DNA from: Promethearchaeota archaeon Loki_b32
GTDB lineage: Archaea; Asgardarchaeota; Lokiarchaeia; Sigyniarchaeales; SOKP01
NCBI GenBank assembly: GCA_005223125.1
Contig: NJBH01000023.1
Coordinates: 1-61,161, forward strand
DNA length: 61,161 bases
Direction: 5' to 3'
Positions 50,079-60,354 of the stretch are shown here, piece after piece. The position numbers and the translations under genes are program-made. How positions within the stretch are numbered: the stretch's first letter is position 1; every line of letters starts with the position of its first letter. Below the pieces are notes generated by a model. The model was not told the DNA's origin and searched no databases. It saw nothing but the letters and a program-made list of their open reading frames with translations.

Positions 50079-50528
50079 TTCAATGAAAGACTTTATGTTT
50101 TCCTATTTAATAATAATCAGAATATTATAAGGTAATATCTTTGGAATCGTTTAAGTGTATCCTTCTGAAATTTCTCCTATTTTTACCAGTTTAGTACAAA
50201 ATTTAAGAAAAAAACCTTTTTAATAGAAATTTTTGAAGAGTCCGGAATAAACCTCTGATCTGATAAACTTTCTAATCTGAACGGGAATAATTTTTTCAAG
50301 AACTTCGCAAAAGTTAAGTTTTTAATATTTTTTTTCTTATCAAATATATAAAATAATTTCAAACTTAGTTATTAACGAAAAATATCAAGTTCTATTATCT
50401 AAATTAACCTTTTGACTATTAATATTGTTTTAAAAGTAGAAAAAGTATCTAAAAATTGTAAAAAAATGAAAATATAACACTCTAAACTAAAATTATAATT
50501 TAAAGAAAAACTAACAATCATGATATAA

Positions 50529-51182
50529 ATGAAAAAAGAAAGTGGTTTAAAACGGATATATCGCTATTTAGGAATTGGATTTTCAAATATCCTATATAAA
50601 ATCTCAAAAAAAATAAATCCTAATGTAATTACTGTTTGTGGATTTTTTGTTTTCTCCTTAGCCTGGTTGCAGTATTTAGTTATGTTTCTATTTGGTGAAG
50701 TAAATTTAATAAATAAGATACTTCTCATTGTAGGTTTTAATATAGCTTTAATTATTGATTATCTTGATGGTGAATATGCTCGAAAAACAAATAAAGATTC
50801 TAAGATAGGACACCACCTAGACGGTATTTTAGATTTTATTAAAATTTCAACCACTTATTTGTTACTTTATCTTACAACGACTGAACACTTCGGAAAACTA
50901 TTTATTTTTGTATCATCAGTCATATTTACTATCTTCATATGGAGTAAATATACTAGTTATCGTGAAAATTTAATGAGTAAAGCTCCAAAAGAAGGTAAAT
51001 TTTTATCACTGAGCTTATTATTTAGCTTTTCAATAGCACATCAATATCTTTACTTTTCAATTTATCTAATGTTTGGACTTTGGCAAATTCTAGTCTTACA
51101 GATAGCCTTAGGATCAGTATTTACTTTTAAGAATTTTGTAAAACTCTTTAAAATGGCAAAAATTATAGATAGATCTGAATAA
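50529..51182 (+). CDS. CDP-alcohol phosphatidyltransferase family protein
   Basis: PNVIT, DYLDGEYAR.....S.IG..LD...D. Confidence 0.9.
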   Translation: MKKESGLKRIYRYLGIGFSNILYKISKKINPNVITVCGFFVFSLAWLQYLVMFLFGEVNLINKILLIVGFNIALIIDYLDGEYARKTNKDSKIGHHLDGILDFIKISTTYLLLYLTTTEHFGKLFIFVSSVIFTIFIWSKYTSYRENLMSKAPKEGKFLSLSLLFSFSIAHQYLYFSIYLMFGLWQILVLQIALGSVFTFKNFVKLFKMAKIIDRSE

Positions 51183-51213
51183 CTTCTTTTAGTAATATTG
51201 AATTCATTTACTT

Positions 51214-52371
51214 TTATTTGAGGTATATTCTTTCAAAATTCTTAATATTGCTCTCCCATAAAAATTTAGTTTTAATTGTATTTAATCCATTTTTTTTAAA
51301 ACTTTCTCTTATTCTTTCATTTTGTAAAAGTTTTTTTATAGATTTTGCATAACAGTAGTAATCTTCTGCTTCACACAATAGCCCATTTTCTAAATTGTCA
51401 ACAAGATCTGTTGTTCCAGCAATATTACTTGTGACTATTGGAATTTGATAAATCATTGCTTCCATTAAAACACCAGGTAATCCTTCACCTCTACTAGGAA
51501 AAAAAAATATATCTGCTTGATTATAAAAATTATGAACATCAAGACGGTTTCCTAAAAAATTAACCTTTTCAGATAGCCCTAAATTTGAAATTAATTTAAT
51601 TGATTTCTCTCTCTCTGGGCCATCTCCTATTAATATAAACCTAATGTTCTCATTTCTCAATAGATTTGCTGTTTTTATAATTAAATCAATACCTTTTCTT
51701 TTATTATGTAGACCAACAAATAATACTATCTTTTCATCAGCTCCAATATTTAAAAGATCTCTAATATTTTCTTCAGAAGATTTTGGATTAAAATTGATAC
51801 CAGTAGGAAAAACCCTAATCTTCCTCTTAGGTACACCTGATTTTTTGGCATAATTAACAAATGAATCTCCATAAATTACAATATAATTAGAAGCAATATA
51901 GGGAAGTTTTCCCACTGTCTTAAAATATATTTTAAACAAAATATCAAATATTGATGATACTTTGAATGAATATGCTGGAAAAGTATCCATTGTAAGAATT
52001 AACTTTTTCTTTTTAAAAAATAAGAGTTTTAATAAACAAATAATAAAAGTATTAGGATAAAAAGGAACCCAAACATGGATAATGTCGTTTTCTTTCAATA
52101 TTTTCCAAGCTTTTCTTAAAAAATCCAAATTAGTGGGAATTGGCCAAATGAATCCTGATGATTTTGTCCAAATAGGATATGTTAATAAAGTTATACCTTC
52201 AAAATCATCATAGTGTCTCGTTTTTTCTCTCTTTATTGCTGATTTTTCTCTGGGAGTTAAAATTGATATTTGATAATCTTTCATCTTCAATAGATTCATT
52301 ATAAAAGAGATCGGACGCCTAATATTAATACCGGGGTTCACGTAACATATCCTTTTGTTAACAGCTCCCAT
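51214..52371 (-). CDS. GT4 glycosyltransferase
   Basis: RKG, FFFPS..EGLP..LMEAM. Confidence 0.92.
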   Translation of the reverse strand: MGAVNKRICYVNPGINIRRPISFIMNLLKMKDYQISILTPREKSAIKREKTRHYDDFEGITLLTYPIWTKSSGFIWPIPTNLDFLRKAWKILKENDIIHVWVPFYPNTFIICLLKLLFFKKKKLILTMDTFPAYSFKVSSIFDILFKIYFKTVGKLPYIASNYIVIYGDSFVNYAKKSGVPKRKIRVFPTGINFNPKSSEENIRDLLNIGADEKIVLFVGLHNKRKGIDLIIKTANLLRNENIRFILIGDGPEREKSIKLISNLGLSEKVNFLGNRLDVHNFYNQADIFFFPSRGEGLPGVLMEAMIYQIPIVTSNIAGTTDLVDNLENGLLCEAEDYYCYAKSIKKLLQNERIRESFKKNGLNTIKTKFLWESNIKNFERIYLK

Positions 52372-52721
52372 AAATAAGAATAAGAATGATATAATATTTA
52401 AATTATCTTTTTGAACAAAATCTTTATTTTTTTCTTCCTAAATATAATAAAGATTAAAAGGGGAGGAAATTACTTACTTTTAGTATATATTCAAACAAGA
52501 TTAAATAGCCTCGTGGGGTTTCACATGCAATTTTTTAATATGAATAATTTTTTAATATGACAAAATATTCTAACATTTAATACAAATTTATTAAGAATGT
52601 TATCAAAAATTAAGAATTATTACTGATTCTAAATTAAAGCAAGGAATATAAGTTGAAATTATTATTTTTTTCTCAGGAGTCAAATTATACCAAAGAATAA
52701 ATTAACTAAAAACCGTAAATT

Positions 52722-53489
52722 ATGAAATACCTTTTTCCAAGTTTAAAAATTGGGCTAGTAATACCTGCTTACAATGAGGAATTAAATATTGGAAAAACAA
52801 TTGAACAAATTCCTCGTAATATTTCTGATAAATTAGATGTAGTAGTTATAGATGATGGATCTATAGATAAAACTAGTGATATTGCTAGTAAATACAATAT
52901 TACACTTTTAAAACATCCTAAAAACCGAGGGAATGGAGCTGCAACAAAAACAGGATTAATTTATTGCAGAGAACGAAATTTTGATATAATTGTTATTTTA
53001 GATGCAGATGGTCAACATGACCCTAAATATATTAGTAATTTTATTACTCCTATTTTAGAAGATAGCATTGATTTCACTATTGGAAACAGGTTTAAATATT
53101 ACTATGACATGGAACCGAAAAGAAAATTATGTTCAAAATTCATGTCAGCATTCTATTTTATTTTTCTTCGTAGAAAAGTAGCTGATCCTACAAATGGATA
53201 TCGGGCTTTATCTTCTAAATTATTACAGGAATTAGAATTTGAATCTGAATATTCTCTAACACAAGAAATGCTTTATAAAATCATTCCTTACTACAAATAT
53301 AAAGAAATCCCCGTAAAAGTTAATCCAAGGAACCATGGTCAGTCTTTTATTAAAATCAAAAATTATTTACTTAAAATTATACTTCTCTTTCTTAAATTTT
53401 ATATCTTCCCTAAAGTAAAGAAAATAACTCATAAAATCTTAAGTGATGAATTTAGAACAAGAGTTAAATCTTATTATTTAAAAACGTAA
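52722..53489 (+). CDS. GT2 glycosyltransferase (DPM1-like)
   Basis: IPAYNEE, DDGS.D.T, N.G.GAA..TG, DADGQH. Confidence 0.92.
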   Translation: MKYLFPSLKIGLVIPAYNEELNIGKTIEQIPRNISDKLDVVVIDDGSIDKTSDIASKYNITLLKHPKNRGNGAATKTGLIYCRERNFDIIVILDADGQHDPKYISNFITPILEDSIDFTIGNRFKYYYDMEPKRKLCSKFMSAFYFIFLRRKVADPTNGYRALSSKLLQELEFESEYSLTQEMLYKIIPYYKYKEIPVKVNPRNHGQSFIKIKNYLLKIILLFLKFYIFPKVKKITHKILSDEFRTRVKSYYLKT

Positions 53490-53529
53490 AGAGATTTTAT
53501 GTCTTAACGTGAGGATATTAAACAGATAT

Positions 53530-54219
53530 AAAAAAAAAAATAGATGTTGTATTAATAGGAGCAGGTCCAATGGCAATTCCATCTCTTATTTTTTCTCTGT
53601 TCAATCAGACTATTTTTAAGATAAATATACCATATATTTTTTATTTTTTAGACATATTAATCATCGTGTCATTTGCTATATGGGGATTATTAATTTTTCA
53701 ATATAAAACAAGAGGAAAACCATTATATTTGTGGGGACTAGCACTTGATTTCTTATTCTTAATAATGTTTTTATTCGAGACTATAGTTGGAGTTTCTACT
53801 TTCTTTTTAAGAGTATTTCATTTAACTTTAATAATTATTATTATAGGTTTTGTATCTTATTTGTATAAATTAATCAAAAATAACTCATTCCAAAAGAGAA
53901 AATTTAAACCTTTTTAATTTTTATTGTAGGTTTTTCAATATCTACCTCATATTATTTTGACTCGACAGCAGGAGATACTTTTTTTTTAAAAGAACAAGAG
54001 GTGAATTCTATACAATGGTATTCTAATTACACCTCTGGAGAAAAAGATAAAGTTTTTGGAAAGTTGAATATCTGCCCAAATAAGGATTGCACTGCTTCAC
54101 TAAAGGAAAATATTCTAACAAAATTACAAAAAAAAGCCATAGTAAACTGCCCAAACTGTAATGCTGAATTAAATGAGGGTAATATTAAAGAAGTATCCTT
54201 TAATTATGTAAAAGTTTAG
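53530..54219 (+). pseudogene. Chimeric remnant: Rossmann N-terminus + fragment of a GT-C membrane paralog + double-CxxC zinc ribbon
   Basis: KIDVVLIGAGPMA; FAIWGLLIFQ.K.RGK.L.LWG and IQWYSNYTS match the 32053-34332 product; frame break near 53912; CPNKDC...CPNC. Confidence 0.7.
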
Positions 54220-54357
54220 TTTTACTCTTTTTATTTTCGATTATTGCAACATTATGAGAATTTATTTAACTTTTTTTAAAGTAGTTTAATTTTAGAATAA
54301 AATATAGAAGCTTTTATCACAACCTTTATATAAAAGTGGATCCAAACTATAATTACT

Positions 54358-56433
54358 ATGTCTAAAAAATCATTTTTAATACTAGGCATAATTTTTATAG
54401 CCTTTGGTGGTGCTTTAATACCAACAGGCTATTTTTTGAACAACTACTTTGTAGAACAAGTCGCAGAAGGAGTACCTGAAGCTCTTTTAGGAATTCAAGA
54501 TGAAGCCATTCCAAGTTTGGAAGATCAAATACCAGTTTTAGCAACTCCAGAAGCTTTAATGAATATAAAAATGCAAGCATTAACGCAAGTAAATGATTCT
54601 TTTAAAATTTTGTCCACACCAAGTGCTCTCCTAGGAATTAGAGAAGAAGCTTTAGTTCAATTTCCTATTATAATTAATTGTTCAGGAGCAGCTTTAGCAA
54701 TAAATCAAACATTAGAAGGAGTAGGCGGAGTGATTGGCCTTGGTGCTGCTAAAGAACAATTCTTTAATAGTCCAATATTTCAAGCTACTTACGGCACCCC
54801 TATGCAAGGTGTATCAGATTATTACGATACATTGGCTGGTAATCCCGATTTAGTTAACCTTGAGTATAATAAGACTACTCGAAATTATTTATTATATGGA
54901 AACAACTCTCTTCTCCCACTTCCAGGATTAATGGATGATATGGATTTAGGAATGGGTGTAGCGGGATTTTTGCAACTCTATCTTAATGTAACCCTAGGAA
55001 TTGGTCCCGTCGATAATACAACATTACAGTTTGGTTACAATGCTTCATGGACCCAAATTGAAGCACTTGCGGGATATATTCAGAATTATGTATGGGAACA
55101 GGTAGTAAAACCTCAGTGGATCGGAGCTGGTTATGCTACTTTAGATGATTATGCTGAGGCATTATTCTATGAACAATGGGCTAACGGAACCATCAATGGA
55201 GATAGTGTTCTCCCTTCTGGGCTGTTAAGTATGATTAATGTATCTTGGGCAGAAGAGGCTCCATATTTTGAAGTAGGACTACCGACAGAAACCAAATTCT
55301 CATTGAACTTGACAGAAGCATTATGGAATGAAGCAGATCCCAATACTTTTGTTCATGTTGCGGGAATTCAAACTTGGCTATATGCTGCTGCAGGAGATCC
55401 CGGAAATGTAACAAAGATACTTACAGATTTTGCTGCAGATGGTCTCACTTTCAATAATATGACGGCACTTCTATTTTGGTTAGCAAACCCTCCTGGATTC
55501 TATCCCGATAGAGTAGAAGACCTTCTAGTATATGAATATGGTTGTCCATTAGAAGATATTCCCATGTTTATGTTGTACGAACAATGGGCTAATGGTACAA
55601 TCGGGGGCTCTTCTGTTATACCAAATGGATTTCTTGCTGAGCTTGATCCAATGTTTGCACTTTTAACTCCTTTTGAAGTAGGATTGCCAACACCAACTGG
55701 TCTTTCACGTTTGGAAGTTAGTAACCTGTGGAATCCTTATGATGAAGCTTCTTTCTTTAATAGTTTTGGGATATTAATTTGGCTCGGAGCAGCTACAAAT
55801 ACAACTCTTCAAGATCTCTTGAAATTTCAATATGGAATATCAGATCTTGAATTACTGGCTCTTTTGACATGGTTAGGTGATTTTATAGAGGAAACTGTGC
55901 CTATACTTATTCTAGCCGATACAGGTTACACTATATCAGAGCTCGCACAAGTTCTGTTCTATGAGCAATGGGCTAATGGCACAATTTATGGTGGAGACCT
56001 TTTACCAGATGGATTTCTCAGTGAACGAGATCCCCCTATTTATGGTCCACCTTACTTTGAAGTTGGATTAACTATTGGACCTACGGGATTATCAGTTGCA
56101 CAATGCGTAGCTCTATGGGATGAAGATAGTGACTATTCCTTAGTTACTGTTAGAGGAATAAATAAATGGTACAATGCAAAAGAAGGTAATGCAGTCTGGG
56201 AAGAACTAAAAACAGAAAATGGCGGTTTATCTGATGCTCAAATGGCTGATATTAAAGAATGGCTACCCAAATTCAGGGATGTTATTACTAATAAACTAGC
56301 GAAAGATGATAAGAATTTGCCAATGGAACCATATGACCTTGGAAATACATTATTTATAGTAGGTGCAGCAGGTGGAGGAGCATTAGCGGCTTTAGGTGTA
56401 GTTCTAGCTATATTATCAAGAAGAAAAATCTAA
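54358..56433 (+). CDS. Cell-surface protein with N- and C-terminal TM anchors and three EQWANGT repeats
   Basis: Three copies of YEQWANGTI.G....P.G.L......FEVGL; many NxT/S sequons; a TM helix at each end. Confidence 0.75.
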   Translation: MSKKSFLILGIIFIAFGGALIPTGYFLNNYFVEQVAEGVPEALLGIQDEAIPSLEDQIPVLATPEALMNIKMQALTQVNDSFKILSTPSALLGIREEALVQFPIIINCSGAALAINQTLEGVGGVIGLGAAKEQFFNSPIFQATYGTPMQGVSDYYDTLAGNPDLVNLEYNKTTRNYLLYGNNSLLPLPGLMDDMDLGMGVAGFLQLYLNVTLGIGPVDNTTLQFGYNASWTQIEALAGYIQNYVWEQVVKPQWIGAGYATLDDYAEALFYEQWANGTINGDSVLPSGLLSMINVSWAEEAPYFEVGLPTETKFSLNLTEALWNEADPNTFVHVAGIQTWLYAAAGDPGNVTKILTDFAADGLTFNNMTALLFWLANPPGFYPDRVEDLLVYEYGCPLEDIPMFMLYEQWANGTIGGSSVIPNGFLAELDPMFALLTPFEVGLPTPTGLSRLEVSNLWNPYDEASFFNSFGILIWLGAATNTTLQDLLKFQYGISDLELLALLTWLGDFIEETVPILILADTGYTISELAQVLFYEQWANGTIYGGDLLPDGFLSERDPPIYGPPYFEVGLTIGPTGLSVAQCVALWDEDSDYSLVTVRGINKWYNAKEGNAVWEELKTENGGLSDAQMADIKEWLPKFRDVITNKLAKDDKNLPMEPYDLGNTLFIVGAAGGGALAALGVVLAILSRRKI

Positions 56434-56498
56434 ATTCAATTAATTATTTTTTTTTTATTTCTAATTTTACTTAGCTTTTAGCGAAAGAAAGTTTAATC

Positions 56499-56720
56499 TT
56501 ATTTGTAATACTTTATCCAGTAGTCAAACATATCTTTCAGAGTTTCTTCTAGAGGACTTGCAATGTTCCAACCTAATTCAGTTTTAATTTTCGAGTTATC
56601 TCCTAATATTATATCCTCATCTGTCGCTCTTAATTTATCAGGGGAATTCTCTCTGACTTCTATTTCTCTTTTAGAAAAGCTCAGAACTATATCTAAAATT
56701 TCTTTAATTTGAAATTTTAA
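56499..56720 (-). pseudogene. C-terminal remnant of a GDP-mannose 4,6-dehydratase/reductase-like gene
   Basis: Manual translation FQIKEILDIVLS...DKLRATDEDIILGDNSKIKTELGW.....LEETLKDM.DYW; no start codon; absent from the ORF track. Confidence 0.75.
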
Positions 56721-56752
56721 ATTCTTTCTTAATTCTTTATTTGAAATTCAAT

Positions 56753-58696
56753 CTATAAGATCTCATACAAAGTGAAATCACTACTTGTTGATTCTCCTAC
56801 TAGAATATTAAAAGTACTATTAGAAGAAAAATCATCAATAAAATCCTGATCGAAAGAAGATAAATTTATAATTAAATTATTAATTGAATTCATTTGAAGA
56901 AAATCCCAAAAATCATTAAAAGATGTATTTCCTATAAATTGATAATATTCTAAATTATACTTGTATAATAAGTAATATATTGCACCCGCATGTTGTGATA
57001 ACGAATAAATCTCATAAACAGCTATATTAGATTCCGGTTCAATATTTCTATTAATAAAAAACACACACTCAACTAAAGAATCATCATAGTAATAACGGGA
57101 CCTAATATTAATGCTGGTATAATTATATGCTAAAAGATTCGAAGTAAACATAAAAATAATCAGAAAAAAAGGTAAACTTAACACTCTTTTATTGAATTCG
57201 GTTTTTTCAACCTTCTTCTTAAGGTTAATATGGTTAAGTTTAATTTTTTCCCATACTCTACCAAAAACAGATAAACCCCATTCAAAAGTTAACCCTAAAA
57301 GAAGTATTAGAAAAGGAACTGACACTTCTAATATTCTTATGAAATATACCCTAAAAAAACTTATTGAAAATAAAAAGAAAGGTGAAAGTAAGACTAAAAT
57401 CATAATTACATATCCTACTTTTAAAAAGTTAATAATTTTTCTAGAATTACCTTCTAGTTTTCTTTTTTTATAAAATAAACCTAAACCAGGTCCAAGAATA
57501 ATGAATCCAAAGTAAAGAATAAATTGAATATCATAGAATATAAAATTAGACAAACTCAACAAAAACTTGTTTGGACGAGAATTTAGGGGAGCATTAACCA
57601 AAGTATCAAGTTGATTATAATTCTGAATTTCAAATAAACCAGAAAAAGTTCGAAAAAGGTCAATTAAATCTTTAGAATAAAAAAAAGATACACTTAGAAT
57701 GTATGGAACAACAAAAAATATCGATAATAACATAATCAATAAGGATTCTTTAATAATTAAGATCCTATTTCGATTTGAAATTTTTATTTTTATAATATAA
57801 TAAAATGCCAATATAATAACAAAATATAATGAGTACACAGGATTAATTAAAAAAGTAGCTGATATAATAAAACATAAAAGATAATTTGGCGTTTCTGTTA
57901 AAAGTATTAGAAATGAAATTAAAATGAGTAATAAAGCAATAGACGATGATAAAAACATCATTGTTCTATAAATAAAGAAAATTTGTGCTAAGATAGAGAA
58001 TAAACAAAAAAAGATTATAGCGTTTTTTTTGAAAACTCTTTTAGAAATTGAAAACATAACTAAAATGTAGAAATTTAAGAAAGGAAAACATGCAAATTTC
58101 ATAAAAAAATATGTTGTAGTGAAGCTATTTGATATTAATATATTTCCACTGCAGAAAAGAAAAAACCCCCATGGATAAGTAGAACCATGCTCTGAATAAT
58201 TAACAATCCCATTTTCATTAAGGTAAAGTACGTGTTTAGTCCAGTAATAAGTATCTCTGGCTAAAAGTGCTGAAGATTCTGAAGTTTTTATCCAAAAAGT
58301 TATAAATTGAAATAAGTAAATGATAAAAAGAATTAAGATATGAATAAAAATACTTTTATAATTTGAGCTTAAGTAACGTTTGATTTGAGTTAATGTATTC
58401 CGAATTTTCTTCTTTTTTAATATAAATAATAAAAATGTTGAAGAAATAATTAAAAAAGGTAAATAAGCAGTATAAAAATTGAAAATTTCAAATAAATTTA
58501 GGATATACGAGATAAAAATATATATTAATATTCCTACCGCATAAGAAATAATTCCATACTCAAGTAAAGTTAAATTCCATTTCTTTTTACTATGTTTTTG
58601 GTAAATATAAATAAAGACACTTCCAAATATTGAAATAATCACAGAAAAAAGTATGAAAATAATGTAAGTTTTAATAAGTGATAAATATAAGGTCAT
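56753..58696 (-). CDS. Polytopic membrane protein, probable GT-C fold glycosyltransferase
   Basis: Many TM helices; RDTYYW and YPWG loop motifs; soluble C-terminal domain. Confidence 0.55.
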   Translation of the reverse strand: MTLYLSLIKTYIIFILFSVIISIFGSVFIYIYQKHSKKKWNLTLLEYGIISYAVGILIYIFISYILNLFEIFNFYTAYLPFLIISSTFLLFILKKKKIRNTLTQIKRYLSSNYKSIFIHILILFIIYLFQFITFWIKTSESSALLARDTYYWTKHVLYLNENGIVNYSEHGSTYPWGFFLFCSGNILISNSFTTTYFFMKFACFPFLNFYILVMFSISKRVFKKNAIIFFCLFSILAQIFFIYRTMMFLSSSIALLLILISFLILLTETPNYLLCFIISATFLINPVYSLYFVIILAFYYIIKIKISNRNRILIIKESLLIMLLSIFFVVPYILSVSFFYSKDLIDLFRTFSGLFEIQNYNQLDTLVNAPLNSRPNKFLLSLSNFIFYDIQFILYFGFIILGPGLGLFYKKRKLEGNSRKIINFLKVGYVIMILVLLSPFFLFSISFFRVYFIRILEVSVPFLILLLGLTFEWGLSVFGRVWEKIKLNHINLKKKVEKTEFNKRVLSLPFFLIIFMFTSNLLAYNYTSINIRSRYYYDDSLVECVFFINRNIEPESNIAVYEIYSLSQHAGAIYYLLYKYNLEYYQFIGNTSFNDFWDFLQMNSINNLIINLSSFDQDFIDDFSSNSTFNILVGESTSSDFTLYEIL

Positions 58697-59065
58697 TATA
58701 CTAACTCAAATCTAAATACTTATTAAAATTTAACTTATCATTCAAGGGGTTTATAAGACTTTTTATCTGATATTATGAATTCTTAACATAAACCCATTGA
58801 AACGTTTGAGCTAATTAAGTGATTGTTGAGATTTTTCCATATTGGAATCTTTTCTAATTATGTATTATTTTACTTTAAATCTTTCTTAATATGTACAAAT
58901 ATTGCATCAAAACATTCGAGGTGGCAAAACCTTAATTTACAAGAATGATTGGAATATATAATAAAAAAGGACAAAACTTGCAAAGATTTATTAAGCAATT
59001 TTAGTTCTATTTTTATTAAATATTAGTAATATTTTTAATAATTATTTGCAGGGTAAATTGATAAA

Positions 59066-59932
59066 ATGAATATTAAACCAATTATTTCAGATATAAATGA
59101 ATCTAGCATTGATAAAAATTTCATTAACGAATCACTAAGTAAAATCAAAAATTTTGACACAGCAGAAGAACCTTTAATCTCTATTATAATCCCTATGTAT
59201 AATGAAGAGTATTCTATCAGAGAAGTAATTGAAAGAATACCAAACCACAATTCGTATGAAATTATTGTAGTCGATGATGGTTCTACTGACAATAGTGTGA
59301 AAAAAATCAAAGAAATAAAAGAAAGAAACATTCAGATTATTCAACATGAGAAAAATCTTGGTTATGGGGCCGCAGTACTAACTGGTTTTAAGCGTGTTAC
59401 CGGGGATATAATTGTAACAATGGATTCTGATGGCCAACATAATCCTGAAGAAATCCCTAATTTGATTAAGCCCATCATCGATAATCAAGCTGATTTTGTT
59501 GTTGGATCAAGATATTTAGGCAGTTCTAAATATAAAGTACCTCTTCATGCACGTATGGGAGAAAATCTTATAAAAATTTGTTTGTGGTTTTTATATCGTC
59601 AAAAGGTTAGCAATAATCAGAGTGGGTTTCGAGCGTTTAATAGCCAATATGTAAAAATATTAAAAAACATAAGAGATACCAAGTTTGGGTTATGCACTGA
59701 AACCATTTTTAAAGCAGGGCATAGTAAATTAAGAATTTCTGAAGTACCCATTAATATAAACGTTCGACAGTATGGAAACTCACGTGTAGATTTATTTAAA
59801 ATTTTTATTTCAATTTCAACTTGTATTCTAATTTATATCGTGAAACGCTTCAAGCTAAATAGATTTTTTTCAAATCGAATTCTTGCCAAAATAAAGAATA
59901 AGATAACAATATTAATTGATAAATTTACATAA
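59066..59932 (+). CDS. GT2 glycosyltransferase (DPM1-like)
   Basis: IPMYNEE, VDDGSTD, NLGYGAA..TG, DSDGQH, QSGFRA. Confidence 0.92.
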   Translation: MNIKPIISDINESSIDKNFINESLSKIKNFDTAEEPLISIIIPMYNEEYSIREVIERIPNHNSYEIIVVDDGSTDNSVKKIKEIKERNIQIIQHEKNLGYGAAVLTGFKRVTGDIIVTMDSDGQHNPEEIPNLIKPIIDNQADFVVGSRYLGSSKYKVPLHARMGENLIKICLWFLYRQKVSNNQSGFRAFNSQYVKILKNIRDTKFGLCTETIFKAGHSKLRISEVPININVRQYGNSRVDLFKIFISISTCILIYIVKRFKLNRFFSNRILAKIKNKITILIDKFT

Positions 59933-60354
59933 AACTTTTTTTAATTAAATCTATTAAACCAACATCTTGAAATTTAAGAATAAAAGAAATTCTTATGAAA
60001 ATAAACCTTTAAAAATAGTTGTTCGTGGGTTAAATTGTGCAATTTTGTAAAATAATTGTGTTTATATTCAGTTTTATAGTTTGTAAAATGTTAGTACAAT
60101 AGAATTTGCTCCAAGCGCAATTTACAATAAATTCAATTTTAATATAATAGAGTAATTTAAAATTAAAATTAATACCTTACCGGTTTCATTAGGTTCAAAT
60201 TTTTAGCAATTTATCCAAGGCATACTGCTTAATCTATGTCATTATCTTAAATTTTGAAATATTGATATTTGAATAAATATTATCTCAATGGGAAAATATT
60301 AAATTAGTGAAGAAAAAAAGAATTTTTGAAACAACAAACTTAACTTGATGCATA

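Noticed and set aside
64-59331. Short ORFs overlapping longer genes (e.g. 64-273, 3709-3963, 15551-15880, 27301-27612, 29483-29860, 39045-39383, 46539-46940, 59035-59331)
   Set aside because: Antisense or alternate-frame shadows of well-supported CDSs, with no motifs
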